DNA of 64,000 bases from Prochloron sp. SulCav_FS08_3_32_3330. GTDB taxonomy: Bacteria > Cyanobacteriota > Cyanobacteriia > Cyanobacteriales > DYNF01. Of the stretch, positions 56,652 to 64,000 are shown piece by piece; position 1 is the first letter of the stretch, and every line of letters begins with the position of its first letter. The stretch spans positions 1,241 through 65,240 of the forward strand of contig DYNF01000007.1 of assembly GCA_020721205.1 (NCBI GenBank), read 5' to 3'. Below the pieces are notes generated by a model. The model had not been told where the DNA came from. It did not search any database and saw nothing but the letters and a program-made list of their open reading frames with translations. The position numbers and the translations under genes were made by a program.

Positions 56652-56748
56652 ATGCGATCGCTTGGTAGGGGAGTTGGTGGTGCGATCGCTCTTTGGTGGA
56701 GTTTGAGGTGCGATCGCTTGGTAGGGGAGTTGGTGGTGCGATCATTTA
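56652..56748 (+). repeat. 4 units of the 28-bp HIP1 repeat
   Basis: ctatgcgatcgc / ggggagttggtggtgcgatcgc / ggtggagtttgaggtgcgatcgc / ggggagttggtggtgcgatca. The last two overlap the 5' end of the BrnT ORF. Confidence 0.85.
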
Positions 56749-57001
56749 TGATAAAGTTATTTTATTATTATCAAAACATGGTATTTCATTTGAAGAAGCT
56801 CAAACTGTTTTTGATGATCCGTTATATGTAGATTTTTATGATCCTGACCACTCAGAAGATGAAGATCGTTATATTATTGTAGGAGAATCATCAAACAGTC
56901 GTGTTTTGTTAGTCTCTTATACGGAAAGATGCGATAAAATTAGACTTATTAGTGCAAGACAAGTTACCAAACAAGAATTAATTGCTTATCAGGAGGGTTA
57001 A
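56693..57001 (+). CDS. brnT: BrnT-family (DUF497) toxin
   Basis: 'KHGISFEEAQTVFDDPL...DRYIIVGESSNSRVLLVSYTERCDKIRLISARQVTKQE'. The only in-frame starts (TTG/GTG) lie within the repeat cluster. Confidence 0.7.
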   Translation: MVEFEVRSLGRGVGGAIIYDKVILLLSKHGISFEEAQTVFDDPLYVDFYDPDHSEDEDRYIIVGESSNSRVLLVSYTERCDKIRLISARQVTKQELIAYQEG

Positions 57002-57005
57002 AACA

Positions 57006-57209
57006 ATGGAAGATCAACTTAGAGATGAATATGATTTAAAAACTTTAAAAGTCAGGAAAATGGGAGCTAAACGTAAGAAATTTGGTGATAATATTATTAA
57101 ATTAGATTCAGATGTTGCTGAAGTTTTTTCTAGTGCTGAATCTGTTAATTCTGCTTTAAGATTTTTAATTAAAATTACTAAAGAAAATAAAGATCAAGCT
57201 ATATTTTAA
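57006..57209 (+). CDS. brnA: BrnA-family antitoxin
   Basis: In-frame ATG at 57006 (MEDQLRDEYDLKTLKVRKMG...), 5 nt after the brnT stop. The 'EYD...K' start and C-terminal RHH-like 'VNSALRFLI' are typical. Confidence 0.6.
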   Translation: MEDQLRDEYDLKTLKVRKMGAKRKKFGDNIIKLDSDVAEVFSSAESVNSALRFLIKITKENKDQAIF

Positions 57210-57210
57210 T

Positions 57211-57260
57211 TATGATCGCTTGTTTGGGAGATTGGAGTGTGATCGCTTTTAATAATATTG
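57211..57260 (+). repeat. 2 degenerate units of the 28-bp repeat (right edge of the TA island)
   Basis: ttatgatcgcttgtt / tgggagattggagtgtgatcgctttta. Confidence 0.6.
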
Positions 57261-57391
57261 TCTACTCTACAGTTAGGTTGTCTAAATGTCGAGGATTTTA
57301 CGTCAGTTAATTTTAACAAAATAAGTTAAGTAAAATTACCGACTTTGATATAATGATAGGTAATTTTTAAGAGAAATTTAAAGGGAAATAT

Positions 57392-58123
57392 ATGAAAATT
57401 CATCAATTGCAAAGAATTGTGATTAAGCCTGAACAAATACAGGAAAATAAGATTATTTTTACCTCGGATCAAGAGCATTATATTTATCGAGTTTTACGGT
57501 TAAAAGAAGGGAATCAAATTATTGTGATGGATGGCAAAGAAAAAGCATGGTTAGTCAATATTGAAAAAGAATCTAATCTAATTGTAAAACCTTTTGTCCA
57601 AAAAACTGAATTACCTGTTAATATTACTTTAATTTGTGCTTTACCAAAGGGTAATAATTTTGAGGAAATTGTGCGCTGTTGTACGGAGTTAGGTGTTAAT
57701 TCTATTATACCTGTAATTAGTGCAAGAACTTTACTTAAACCCGGTGAAAATAAAGTACAAAGATGGCGTAAAATTGCTTTAGAATCTGCTGAACAATCGG
57801 AACGTCAATTAGTTCCTAGTATAACGGATCCTTTACCTTTTGTTGATATTTTTAAGCACATAAATTTAGATCATAGTAATAATTATATTTGTGTGGCAAG
57901 GGGGGAAAATCCTCATTTGTTATCCTCTTTACAAAAGCAATCTTCACAAGATATCATAATTATGACAGGTACAGAAGGAGGCTGGACTGATTCAGAAATT
58001 GACACAGCAATTAAATTAAATTTTCAACCTATTTCCCTCGGAAAACGTATTTTAAGGGCTGTTACTGCACCGATTATGGCTTTATCCTTAATTTCTAGTT
58101 ATTATGAAATAAAAAAAATTTAG
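57392..58123 (+). CDS. rsmE: 16S rRNA (uracil1498-N3)-methyltransferase
   Basis: 243 aa; 'HYIYRVLRLKEGNQI' PUA-like N-terminus, 'KWRKIALESAEQSER', 'GTEGGW...E'. Confidence 0.85.
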   Translation: MKIHQLQRIVIKPEQIQENKIIFTSDQEHYIYRVLRLKEGNQIIVMDGKEKAWLVNIEKESNLIVKPFVQKTELPVNITLICALPKGNNFEEIVRCCTELGVNSIIPVISARTLLKPGENKVQRWRKIALESAEQSERQLVPSITDPLPFVDIFKHINLDHSNNYICVARGENPHLLSSLQKQSSQDIIIMTGTEGGWTDSEIDTAIKLNFQPISLGKRILRAVTAPIMALSLISSYYEIKKI

Positions 58124-58284
58124 GTTTGTTGGTGCATTTAGCACCATAAATTATAAATTAAAGACAATCTTAGTACAGCAATGAATTTATTTATAAAACA
58201 TTTTAATAAACTAAAATAAGTCTTATTTTTTTTTCGTATTAATCCTAATAATTAGGGTAAATAGTGCTAAATGCAACAACAAAC
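58123..58284. repeat. Inverted pair of REP-like units enclosing ~115 bp
   Basis: ggtttgttggtgcatttagcaccat (58123-58146) and tagtgctaaatgcaacaacaaac (58262-58284). Confidence 0.7.
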
Positions 58285-58320
58285 TTATTAATAACTAATC
58301 GTAAATAACAACTAATAATT

Positions 58321-59421
58321 ATGTTTGAAAATATAGCCGAAGCTATTAAAAATAAAGATTATCAAAACGCAAAAGAATTAATCCAACATTTGCGTAAAGA
58401 GGATCCAGAAAATCCTTGGTTAGATTTTTATACTGCCCATTTATATGAAATAAAAGGTAAAATAAATGAGGCAAAAAATGCTTATACTTATCTTTTAAAA
58501 GATACTATTAATCCTAAATTAATGAGTAAAATTCGTCAAGGAATTGAACGGATTAATCAAGTAGAAAAACAGGAAAAAGAACAAGCATTAATTAAGTTTA
58601 AATCTCAAGCAGGGGCGGAAGAAATGGGTGTATTTATCTTAGAATCAGTGCTAAAAGAGGATAAAACTATTGCGGCTCAAAATTTTGGTAAAATTATGGG
58701 GATGGATGCTTATAGTGCTAGATTACAAATTCCTAGTCGTTCATGGCGTTTATATCGTATTGGTATGATGGGAGAATTATCTTATTATGTTAATAGTTTA
58801 AAAGCGGTTAATATTCCTTGTTTTTGTTTACCAATTAATCAAATTAATCAATTGTCTGTTTATCAAGTTCAATATATTGAAAGTATTAATTCTGAAGTGA
58901 CAGTAATCTGTGAAAATAGCGAAGGTAAAGAAGGAAAATTTAGATTTAATTGGTTAGAAGTTAGTCAAAGAGTTGAAGGTCTAGTACCTATTTTTGAAAA
59001 TTCTTTTAAGTTTAATGCAAAACGGGAAATATATTATAAAAAAGAAATATTAGATTATGCTCAATTTTGTGATTTACATTTTCCTCATCGGAATACAATT
59101 TTAAGAATTTGTGATCAAAGTTATAATTTTAAAAAAGGCATTAATTTAATTAATTCTAATAATGCCCATAATTTACTAAATAAAGAAGTTACGATTAGAA
59201 AAAAATGGTCTAATTTTTTGCAATTTATTAATCAACAAATCCCAAATATTCCTCTTTTGTCTGAATTTACTTTTTTTGGTGAAACGGCTCTTGATTTTAA
59301 GGAATTTCTGTCAGAAATTACACCTCATATTTATTTATTTCGTCAAGAGCCTACTCTTTGGGATCAAGCTTTTCATTTATATAGTAGTTTAATTTTTCTC
59401 AGGTTCGTTGTTGGGCTTTAG
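58321..59421 (+). CDS. Hypothetical protein with TPR-like N-terminus
   Basis: 366-aa ORF; N-terminal 'YQNAKELIQHLRKEDPENPWLDFYTAHLYEIKGKINEAKNAY' is TPR-like. The last codons run into a REP-like unit. Confidence 0.45.
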   Translation: MFENIAEAIKNKDYQNAKELIQHLRKEDPENPWLDFYTAHLYEIKGKINEAKNAYTYLLKDTINPKLMSKIRQGIERINQVEKQEKEQALIKFKSQAGAEEMGVFILESVLKEDKTIAAQNFGKIMGMDAYSARLQIPSRSWRLYRIGMMGELSYYVNSLKAVNIPCFCLPINQINQLSVYQVQYIESINSEVTVICENSEGKEGKFRFNWLEVSQRVEGLVPIFENSFKFNAKREIYYKKEILDYAQFCDLHFPHRNTILRICDQSYNFKKGINLINSNNAHNLLNKEVTIRKKWSNFLQFINQQIPNIPLLSEFTFFGETALDFKEFLSEITPHIYLFRQEPTLWDQAFHLYSSLIFLRFVVGL

Positions 59422-59621
59422 CCCTACGCCGAAAAGTGTTTTCATTCTTTTTTTTCAACGGGTTAAAACCCGTTGCTACCCAAACAAAACCCGTCTTTAC
59501 GGGTTTTCTAATTAAATATTAACTAATATTAAAAAAATTCAACCTGCGTATGCCTGTTTTGCTTATGTAGCAACGGGTTTCAACCTGTTGCTTTTTGGAG
59601 AATGAAAACACCCTACGCCGG
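59422..59621 (+). mobile_element. Four-hairpin MITE copy 5 (degenerate), inserted inside a REP-like cluster
   Basis: Terminal repeats gtgttttcattc / gaatgaaaacac; 'cctacgccg' on both sides (59422-59430, 59612-59620). Hairpin 3 is broken (cctgcgtatgcctg). Confidence 0.8.
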
Positions 59622-59702
59622 AAAGGGCTGAAGCCCAACAACAAACCGGAAAGGGCTGAAGCCCAACTACAAACCGGAAAGGGCTGAAGCCCAACTACAA
59701 AC
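59619..59702. repeat. 3 tandem 28-bp REP-like units (ccggaaagggctgaagcccaacWacaaa)
   Basis: Three consecutive units. They form an inverted pair with ggttcgttgttgggctttagccctac at 59402-59427. Confidence 0.85.
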
Positions 59703-59753
59703 CTGATTATTTTTCTCTTAAAATTGTTTTAATTAATAACAAATAACGAATAA

Positions 59754-60365
59754 CTAAAAGTCAAAATCATCTTCAGGGGAAGATTCTTCTACATTTTGAT
59801 GATAGGGTGGAGTAATTATTCGATAATTAGCATCATAAACATCATCTTTCTTTTTCCGTTGAGATTTTTGAGGAGTAGAAGGTTCTTTTTTCTCATAATT
59901 ATTAGGAGGAGATGAAGTTTGTTGAGGTTGATTTTCTTTAAATGTAAATTCCCTTTCTCTTTGTTTTTCTCTTTCTTCTTGATTGAAAATTTCTGCCCTA
60001 GAAGATTTCTGAAAACGATCTTGAATCGGCGTTTTTTCGACCGGAGGTTCTTCAATATTCCATTCATCTTCGTCTTCTAAATCTTCATCATTTTTGTATT
60101 TATTTACTGGATTAGATCGTTTTGAAGAAGGAGAGGAATAAGTATCAGCAACGGGGATTATTTCTACGGGATTAAGTAATTTTATGATCCCACTTGTTAC
60201 TAATCCTGCTATTATAAAAATTATTACCCAAATTCCTAAAGGTAAAGCTAAAGTTAGAGGACGATTTAAAATTACTATGGTAATTAATTGACGATTTTGG
60301 ATCATAAAAATAACCAGAGTTATTAAACTAATTATTAATAATAATGATTTTAAACTACGTCCCAC
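59754..60365 (-). CDS. LapA-domain (DUF1049) membrane protein with acidic, low-complexity tail
   Basis: 203 aa; two N-terminal TM helices ('LLLIISLITLVIFMIQN...'); long E/K/P-rich C-terminus. Confidence 0.5.
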   Translation of the reverse strand: MGRSLKSLLLIISLITLVIFMIQNRQLITIVILNRPLTLALPLGIWVIIFIIAGLVTSGIIKLLNPVEIIPVADTYSSPSSKRSNPVNKYKNDEDLEDEDEWNIEEPPVEKTPIQDRFQKSSRAEIFNQEEREKQREREFTFKENQPQQTSSPPNNYEKKEPSTPQKSQRKKKDDVYDANYRIITPPYHQNVEESSPEDDFDF

Positions 60366-60536
60366 AATTTAACTCTCCTTTTTCTACAAAAATTCAAAAT
60401 AATCTATAAGTGACAAATCAACATCTTGCCTGTGACAAACATAATCGGCGTTGCATAATTAAGGTATGATGAAATCTCGCAAAGGCGCAAAGACGCAAAG
60501 AATTATTTTTAAATCATACCTCCATTCAGCAATGCT

Positions 60537-61145
60537 TTAATTTCCTTGCCAACGCTTTAAGGGAATACAATCAATATTTAATTGATCAAAAGCCCTTGCA
60601 ATGACAAAATCTACTAAATCATTAATGGTTTGAGGATTATGATACCATGCCGGAATCGCTGGAACAATTTTAACCCCTACTTCTGCTAAACTGGTTAAAT
60701 TCCGCAAATGAATTAAACTTAACGGCGTTTCCCTTGGTACAATGATTAAAGGGCGATTTTCTTTAATTTGTACGTCGGCGGCTCTTTCTAGTAAATCTGT
60801 ACTTAAACCCGTCGCAATTTTCGCTACTGTACTCATACTACAAGGTATGACAATCATTCCTAAAGTGGGAAAAGAACCACTGGCGATCGCTGCCCCTAAA
60901 TCTGACCAACGATGACAAGTTAATTTGCCTAAATCCTTTACCTGTGCCTGTTCTCGCCAAAAATCCTCCTGTTGTTCAGGTTCTAAGGGCATTTTAATCT
61001 GATTTTCACTTTGCCACACCATATAACTACCTTTTGAGGCTACCAGTTGAATCTCAAAATCCGCCTCTAATAGATATTTGATTGCCCTCACCGCATAGAT
61101 GAATCCTGATGCCCCACTAATCCCTAAAATTAAAGGTTTTTTCAT
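60537..61145 (-). CDS. ubiX: Flavin prenyltransferase UbiX
   Basis: 202 aa; 'LILGISGASGFIYAVR', 'IVIPCSMSTVAKIATG', 'VPRETPL'. Confidence 0.88.
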   Translation of the reverse strand: MKKPLILGISGASGFIYAVRAIKYLLEADFEIQLVASKGSYMVWQSENQIKMPLEPEQQEDFWREQAQVKDLGKLTCHRWSDLGAAIASGSFPTLGMIVIPCSMSTVAKIATGLSTDLLERAADVQIKENRPLIIVPRETPLSLIHLRNLTSLAEVGVKIVPAIPAWYHNPQTINDLVDFVIARAFDQLNIDCIPLKRWQGN

Positions 61146-61436
61146 AGTTTTGTCTAATTTTTTACTTTCTGTAATAAACCCCTTAATTTTATGGGGAATA
61201 AAACTTGTTTCAAAATCCTAATTAATATATTCAAAATTTACCCCTTTTGCTATACTGGTAAGTCTGTGTAACTATAACATTAATATACGGAAGTGTCCTA
61301 ATCTAATATACTCACATTTTCCACAGTTTAATTATCAAATAATTAAATTTAGAGTGAGAAACAAAAGATTAGTTTTCCCTTAAAAAAACACATTAACACA
61401 GTAAATTTTAAGGAGATTTTAAAAATAGGAAAAATT

Positions 61437-62465
61437 ATGTCCATGGTCAATCAGACAACAACGAAAACAAAAGAGATTGGGTTTACCCATGAAGACTTTG
61501 CCGCTCTTCTTGATAAATATGACTATCATTTCAGCCCCGGAGACATTGTAGCTGGGACTGTTTTTAGTATTGAACCGAGAGGAGCGCTGATTGACATTGG
61601 AGCAAAAACAGCAGCATACATTCCGATTCAGGAAATGTCTATCAATCGTTTAGAAAATCCTGATGAAGTTTTACAGTCCAACGAAACAAGAGAATTTTTT
61701 ATTTTAACCGATGAAAATGAAGATGGACAGTTAACTCTTTCGATCCGCCGTATTGAATATATGCGCGCTTGGGAAAGAGTTCGTCAACTCCAACAGGAAG
61801 ATGCTACAGTACGCTCCAATGTCTTTGCGACGAATCGAGGTGGTGCCTTAGTTCGCATCGAAGGATTAAGAGGATTTATCCCCGGCTCTCATATCAGTAC
61901 GCGCCAAGCGAAAGAGGATCTAGTCAATCAAGAATTACCTTTAAAATTCTTAGAAGTAGATGAAGATCGTAACCGTCTAGTTTTAAGTCATCGTCGTGCT
62001 TTAGTCGAGCGTAAGATGAATGGTTTAGAAGTAGGAGAAGTCGTGATTGGCTCTGTGCGTGGTATTAAACCTTACGGTGCGTTTATTGATATTGGTGGCG
62101 TAAGCGGATTATTACATATTTCCGAAATTTCTCACGATCATATTGATACTCCTCACAGTGTGTTTAATGTGAATGATGAGTTAAAAGTCATGATCATTGA
62201 TTTAGATGCGGAAAGAGGCAGAATTTCTTTATCTACCAAACAACTTGAACCTACTGCGGGAGATATGCTGAAAAATCGAGCTTTAGTGTTTGAAAAAGCC
62301 GATGAAATGGCGGAAAAATATCGTCAAAAACTCTTAGCAGATGCGACGGGTGTACCTGTGGAGGCGGAAAATATTGAGGATATTCCTCCGGCTACTGAGG
62401 AATATGAAATCCCTCCGGCTGTTGAGGAAGTTGATGAAGCTGAAGTCGTAGCAACGGCTGAATAA
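61437..62465 (+). CDS. rpsA: 30S ribosomal protein S1 (short cyanobacterial form)
   Basis: 342 aa; three S1 domains ('GDIVAGTVFSIEPRGALIDIG', 'RGGALVRIEGLRGFIPGSH', 'GSVRGIKPYGAFIDIGGVSGLLHISE'); acidic tail. Confidence 0.9.
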   Translation: MSMVNQTTTKTKEIGFTHEDFAALLDKYDYHFSPGDIVAGTVFSIEPRGALIDIGAKTAAYIPIQEMSINRLENPDEVLQSNETREFFILTDENEDGQLTLSIRRIEYMRAWERVRQLQQEDATVRSNVFATNRGGALVRIEGLRGFIPGSHISTRQAKEDLVNQELPLKFLEVDEDRNRLVLSHRRALVERKMNGLEVGEVVIGSVRGIKPYGAFIDIGGVSGLLHISEISHDHIDTPHSVFNVNDELKVMIIDLDAERGRISLSTKQLEPTAGDMLKNRALVFEKADEMAEKYRQKLLADATGVPVEAENIEDIPPATEEYEIPPAVEEVDEAEVVATAE

Positions 62466-62491
62466 GTTAATTTAATCATCAACAAATTAAC

Positions 62492-62530
62492 AAATCCCCG
62501 ACTTTTTTGAAAGGAAAAGTCGGGGATTTT
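62492..62530. terminator. Bidirectional hairpin terminator between convergent genes
   Basis: aaatccccgactttt-ttgaaagg-aaaagtcggggattt, with T/A runs on both sides. Confidence 0.65.
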
Positions 62531-64000
62531 AAGAAGTAGATAATTCTAATAATTCATGATATAAGGGTTCTCCATAAGTCATTAATCTTAAAGAGGGAAA
62601 CTGCTCAAAGATATCAGGATCAAATGTTATTTGATAGTTTTTATTTTGAGATTGAACTAACCAGATTTTATTATTTTGTGCAATAAATTCTATTCCTTTA
62701 CTTTTTAAAAATTGAGATTGAGTTAATAATTTTTCAGTCATTTCTGGAGTAATTTTAGTATGAGGAAAAGGCTCTCTAATTTCTTTTAAATCTGATTCCA
62801 CATTCATGGCTACCATAGTTTCAAAATCAGGGCGTAAAGGGGGTGTACTAATCATTTTATCTAATTCTTTTAATAAAACTCCTTCTTCTTCTGGATCCGC
62901 CGCCATAACAGCTTGTTCAATAAAGGTGGGAACTTGTGCTAAAATTGGCTGTAAATTACCGACTACTGTTTCAAAAGCATTAATTCTATTTCGTAATTTT
63001 TGATAAACTTTTGCCTCTACTGTACCATCATAATAAAAGTTGTGAATATAAATTTCTGGATAAATTTGTCCGATCCGATCTAGTCTACCGATTTGTTGTT
63101 CTACTTGCATCGGATTCCAAGGCATAGAATACATTAAAATAACGCCACAAGTTTGTAGATTTAAGCCTTCACTAGCGGATTTTGTTGCTAATAAAATTTT
63201 AATTTTCCTTTCTCTAAATAAATTTTTAATTAATTCTTTTTTGACAATTTTCCATTGATTATTCTCAAATAATTCTCCTCCTCTACCTGAATAACAGGCA
63301 ACTTGATCATGATATAATTTTGTTAAAGTTTCTCTCACATAATCCATTGTATCAGTATATTGAAAGAAAACGATCGCTGTTTCTCTTTTCATTAATTCCT
63401 GTCTTAAAATATCTAAAAATACCGATAATTTTGTATCTTCGCCTGTGTTTTCAAACTGTTTTAATAAGTCTTCTAAATAATTAATTTCTGCCGGATCCGT
63501 AGGGGTAAAATAATTTTCTAAACCCGCTATAATTTGATCATCAGCTTCATCAAGATCTATTAAATCATCCTCCGTAATACTAATACCTTCTAAACGTCTT
63601 TCTAAGGATTTTTTAATCGCATAAAATGAGCTTGTTAAACGTCTTCTGTATAAGGTCATTAAGAAGCCTAGAGCCTTTCTTTGTTCTTTTTGAGCTAAAT
63701 TGTAAAAATGTCTCACATAATCGCTTACAGCACGATATAAAGGCACTTCACGACGTTTTTCAAGGGCGATCGCATTATCAAAAACTTTTCTGGTAGGAAT
63801 GGAACTGTTAATAATTCCTTTTTGATAATATTCCCTTAAAGTATCTCTAGTATGACGAAACATTAAATCTTTTAAAGGAGTATGTAAAGTTAAAAATTGT
63901 CGAGAATGCTCGATAAAATCTGTTTCTTGAATTAATTTTTTACTATTATTAATAGTTTTCCCATTTTGCCAAAGATCTAATAAACGATAATATAAAAGTC
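62529..64000 (-). CDS. SNF2-family helicase, C-terminal part (gene continues past the window edge)
   Basis: 'LLATKSASEGLNLQ' (motif V) and 'MPWNPMQVEQQIGRLDRIGQ' (motif VI). The reading frame stays open upstream of the track Met to position 64000. Confidence 0.8.
   Translation of the reverse strand, partial: LLYYRLLDLWQNGKTINNSKKLIQETDFIEHSRQFLTLHTPLKDLMFRHTRDTLREYYQKGIINSSIPTRKVFDNAIALEKRREVPLYRAVSDYVRHFYNLAQKEQRKALGFLMTLYRRRLTSSFYAIKKSLERRLEGISITEDDLIDLDEADDQIIAGLENYFTPTDPAEINYLEDLLKQFENTGEDTKLSVFLDILRQELMKRETAIVFFQYTDTMDYVRETLTKLYHDQVACYSGRGGELFENNQWKIVKKELIKNLFRERKIKILLATKSASEGLNLQTCGVILMYSMPWNPMQVEQQIGRLDRIGQIYPEIYIHNFYYDGTVEAKVYQKLRNRINAFETVVGNLQPILAQVPTFIEQAVMAADPEEEGVLLKELDKMISTPPLRPDFETMVAMNVESDLKEIREPFPHTKITPEMTEKLLTQSQFLKSKGIEFIAQNNKIWLVQSQNKNYQITFDPDIFEQFPSLRLMTYGEPLYHELLELSTS

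Noticed and set aside
51060-57260. Calling the TA island a bona fide integron
   Set aside because: There is no IntI-type integrase or attI in the window, and the 28-bp repeats lack the imperfect-palindrome architecture of attC sites. I keep only the organisational analogy.
1-64000. tRNA and rRNA genes, prophage structural genes, transposase genes
   Set aside because: I scanned for T-arm-like GGTTCGAATCC motifs, rRNA-like GC-rich blocks and long transposase or phage ORFs and found none. The hairpin at 26597-26612 (ccttg ccgatt caagg) is not in a tRNA context.

Overview
This 64-kb window looks like chromosome from a low-GC cyanobacterium. I infer that from the many HIP1 octamers (GCGATCGC), an XisH/XisI pair, the lysA-cdaA-uppS operon, an acyl-lipid desaturase, hoxW, ftsQ/ftsZ and a short three-domain rpsA. 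All protein calls come from reading motifs in the supplied translations; no searches were run.

Roughly 0-42 kb and 57-64 kb are housekeeping genes: ilvA, ggt, hoxW, lysA, cdaA, uppS, pepA, an S41 C-terminal protease, ftsQ, a UvrD-like helicase, a desaturase, prfC, ftsZ, a GT2 glycosyltransferase, a histidine kinase, a GH116 glucosidase, rsmE, ubiX, rpsA and a partial SNF2 helicase. Small toxin-antitoxin pairs are scattered among them.

The centre (42.2-57.3 kb) is accessory DNA wrapped around an intact acnB.
- Left island (42.25-48.4 kb): begins at a decayed 202-bp internal acnB fragment that directly repeats part of the intact gene. It carries a VapC module, a DUF6883/DUF4926-like pair, a type II m5C restriction-modification system, a 15-unit 28-bp HIP1 minisatellite, and a translationally coupled J-domain + HNH-nuclease gene pair that I cannot match to a described system.
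- Right island (51.0-57.3 kb): packs eight toxin-antitoxin-type cassettes. One has an appended Hanks-type Ser/Thr kinase, one is a duplicated cassette, and two are decayed remnants. Most cassettes are delimited by clusters of the same 28-bp repeat, so the layout resembles an integron cassette array, but no integrase is visible in the window.

Three further repeat families are present.
- A roughly 180-bp four-hairpin MITE with 16-bp terminal inverted repeats and 9-bp target-site duplications (5 copies plus a modular variant).
- A REP-like palindromic unit, GTTCGTTGTTGTGCTTTAGCAC, found singly, as inverted pairs and in 28-bp tandem arrays.
- An inverted-repeat/heptamer element occupying both spacers of the cdaA operon.

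A GC-rich, hairpin-dense 270-nt stretch at 26.47-26.74 kb is a candidate unassigned structured RNA. I found no rRNA, tRNA or CRISPR array.
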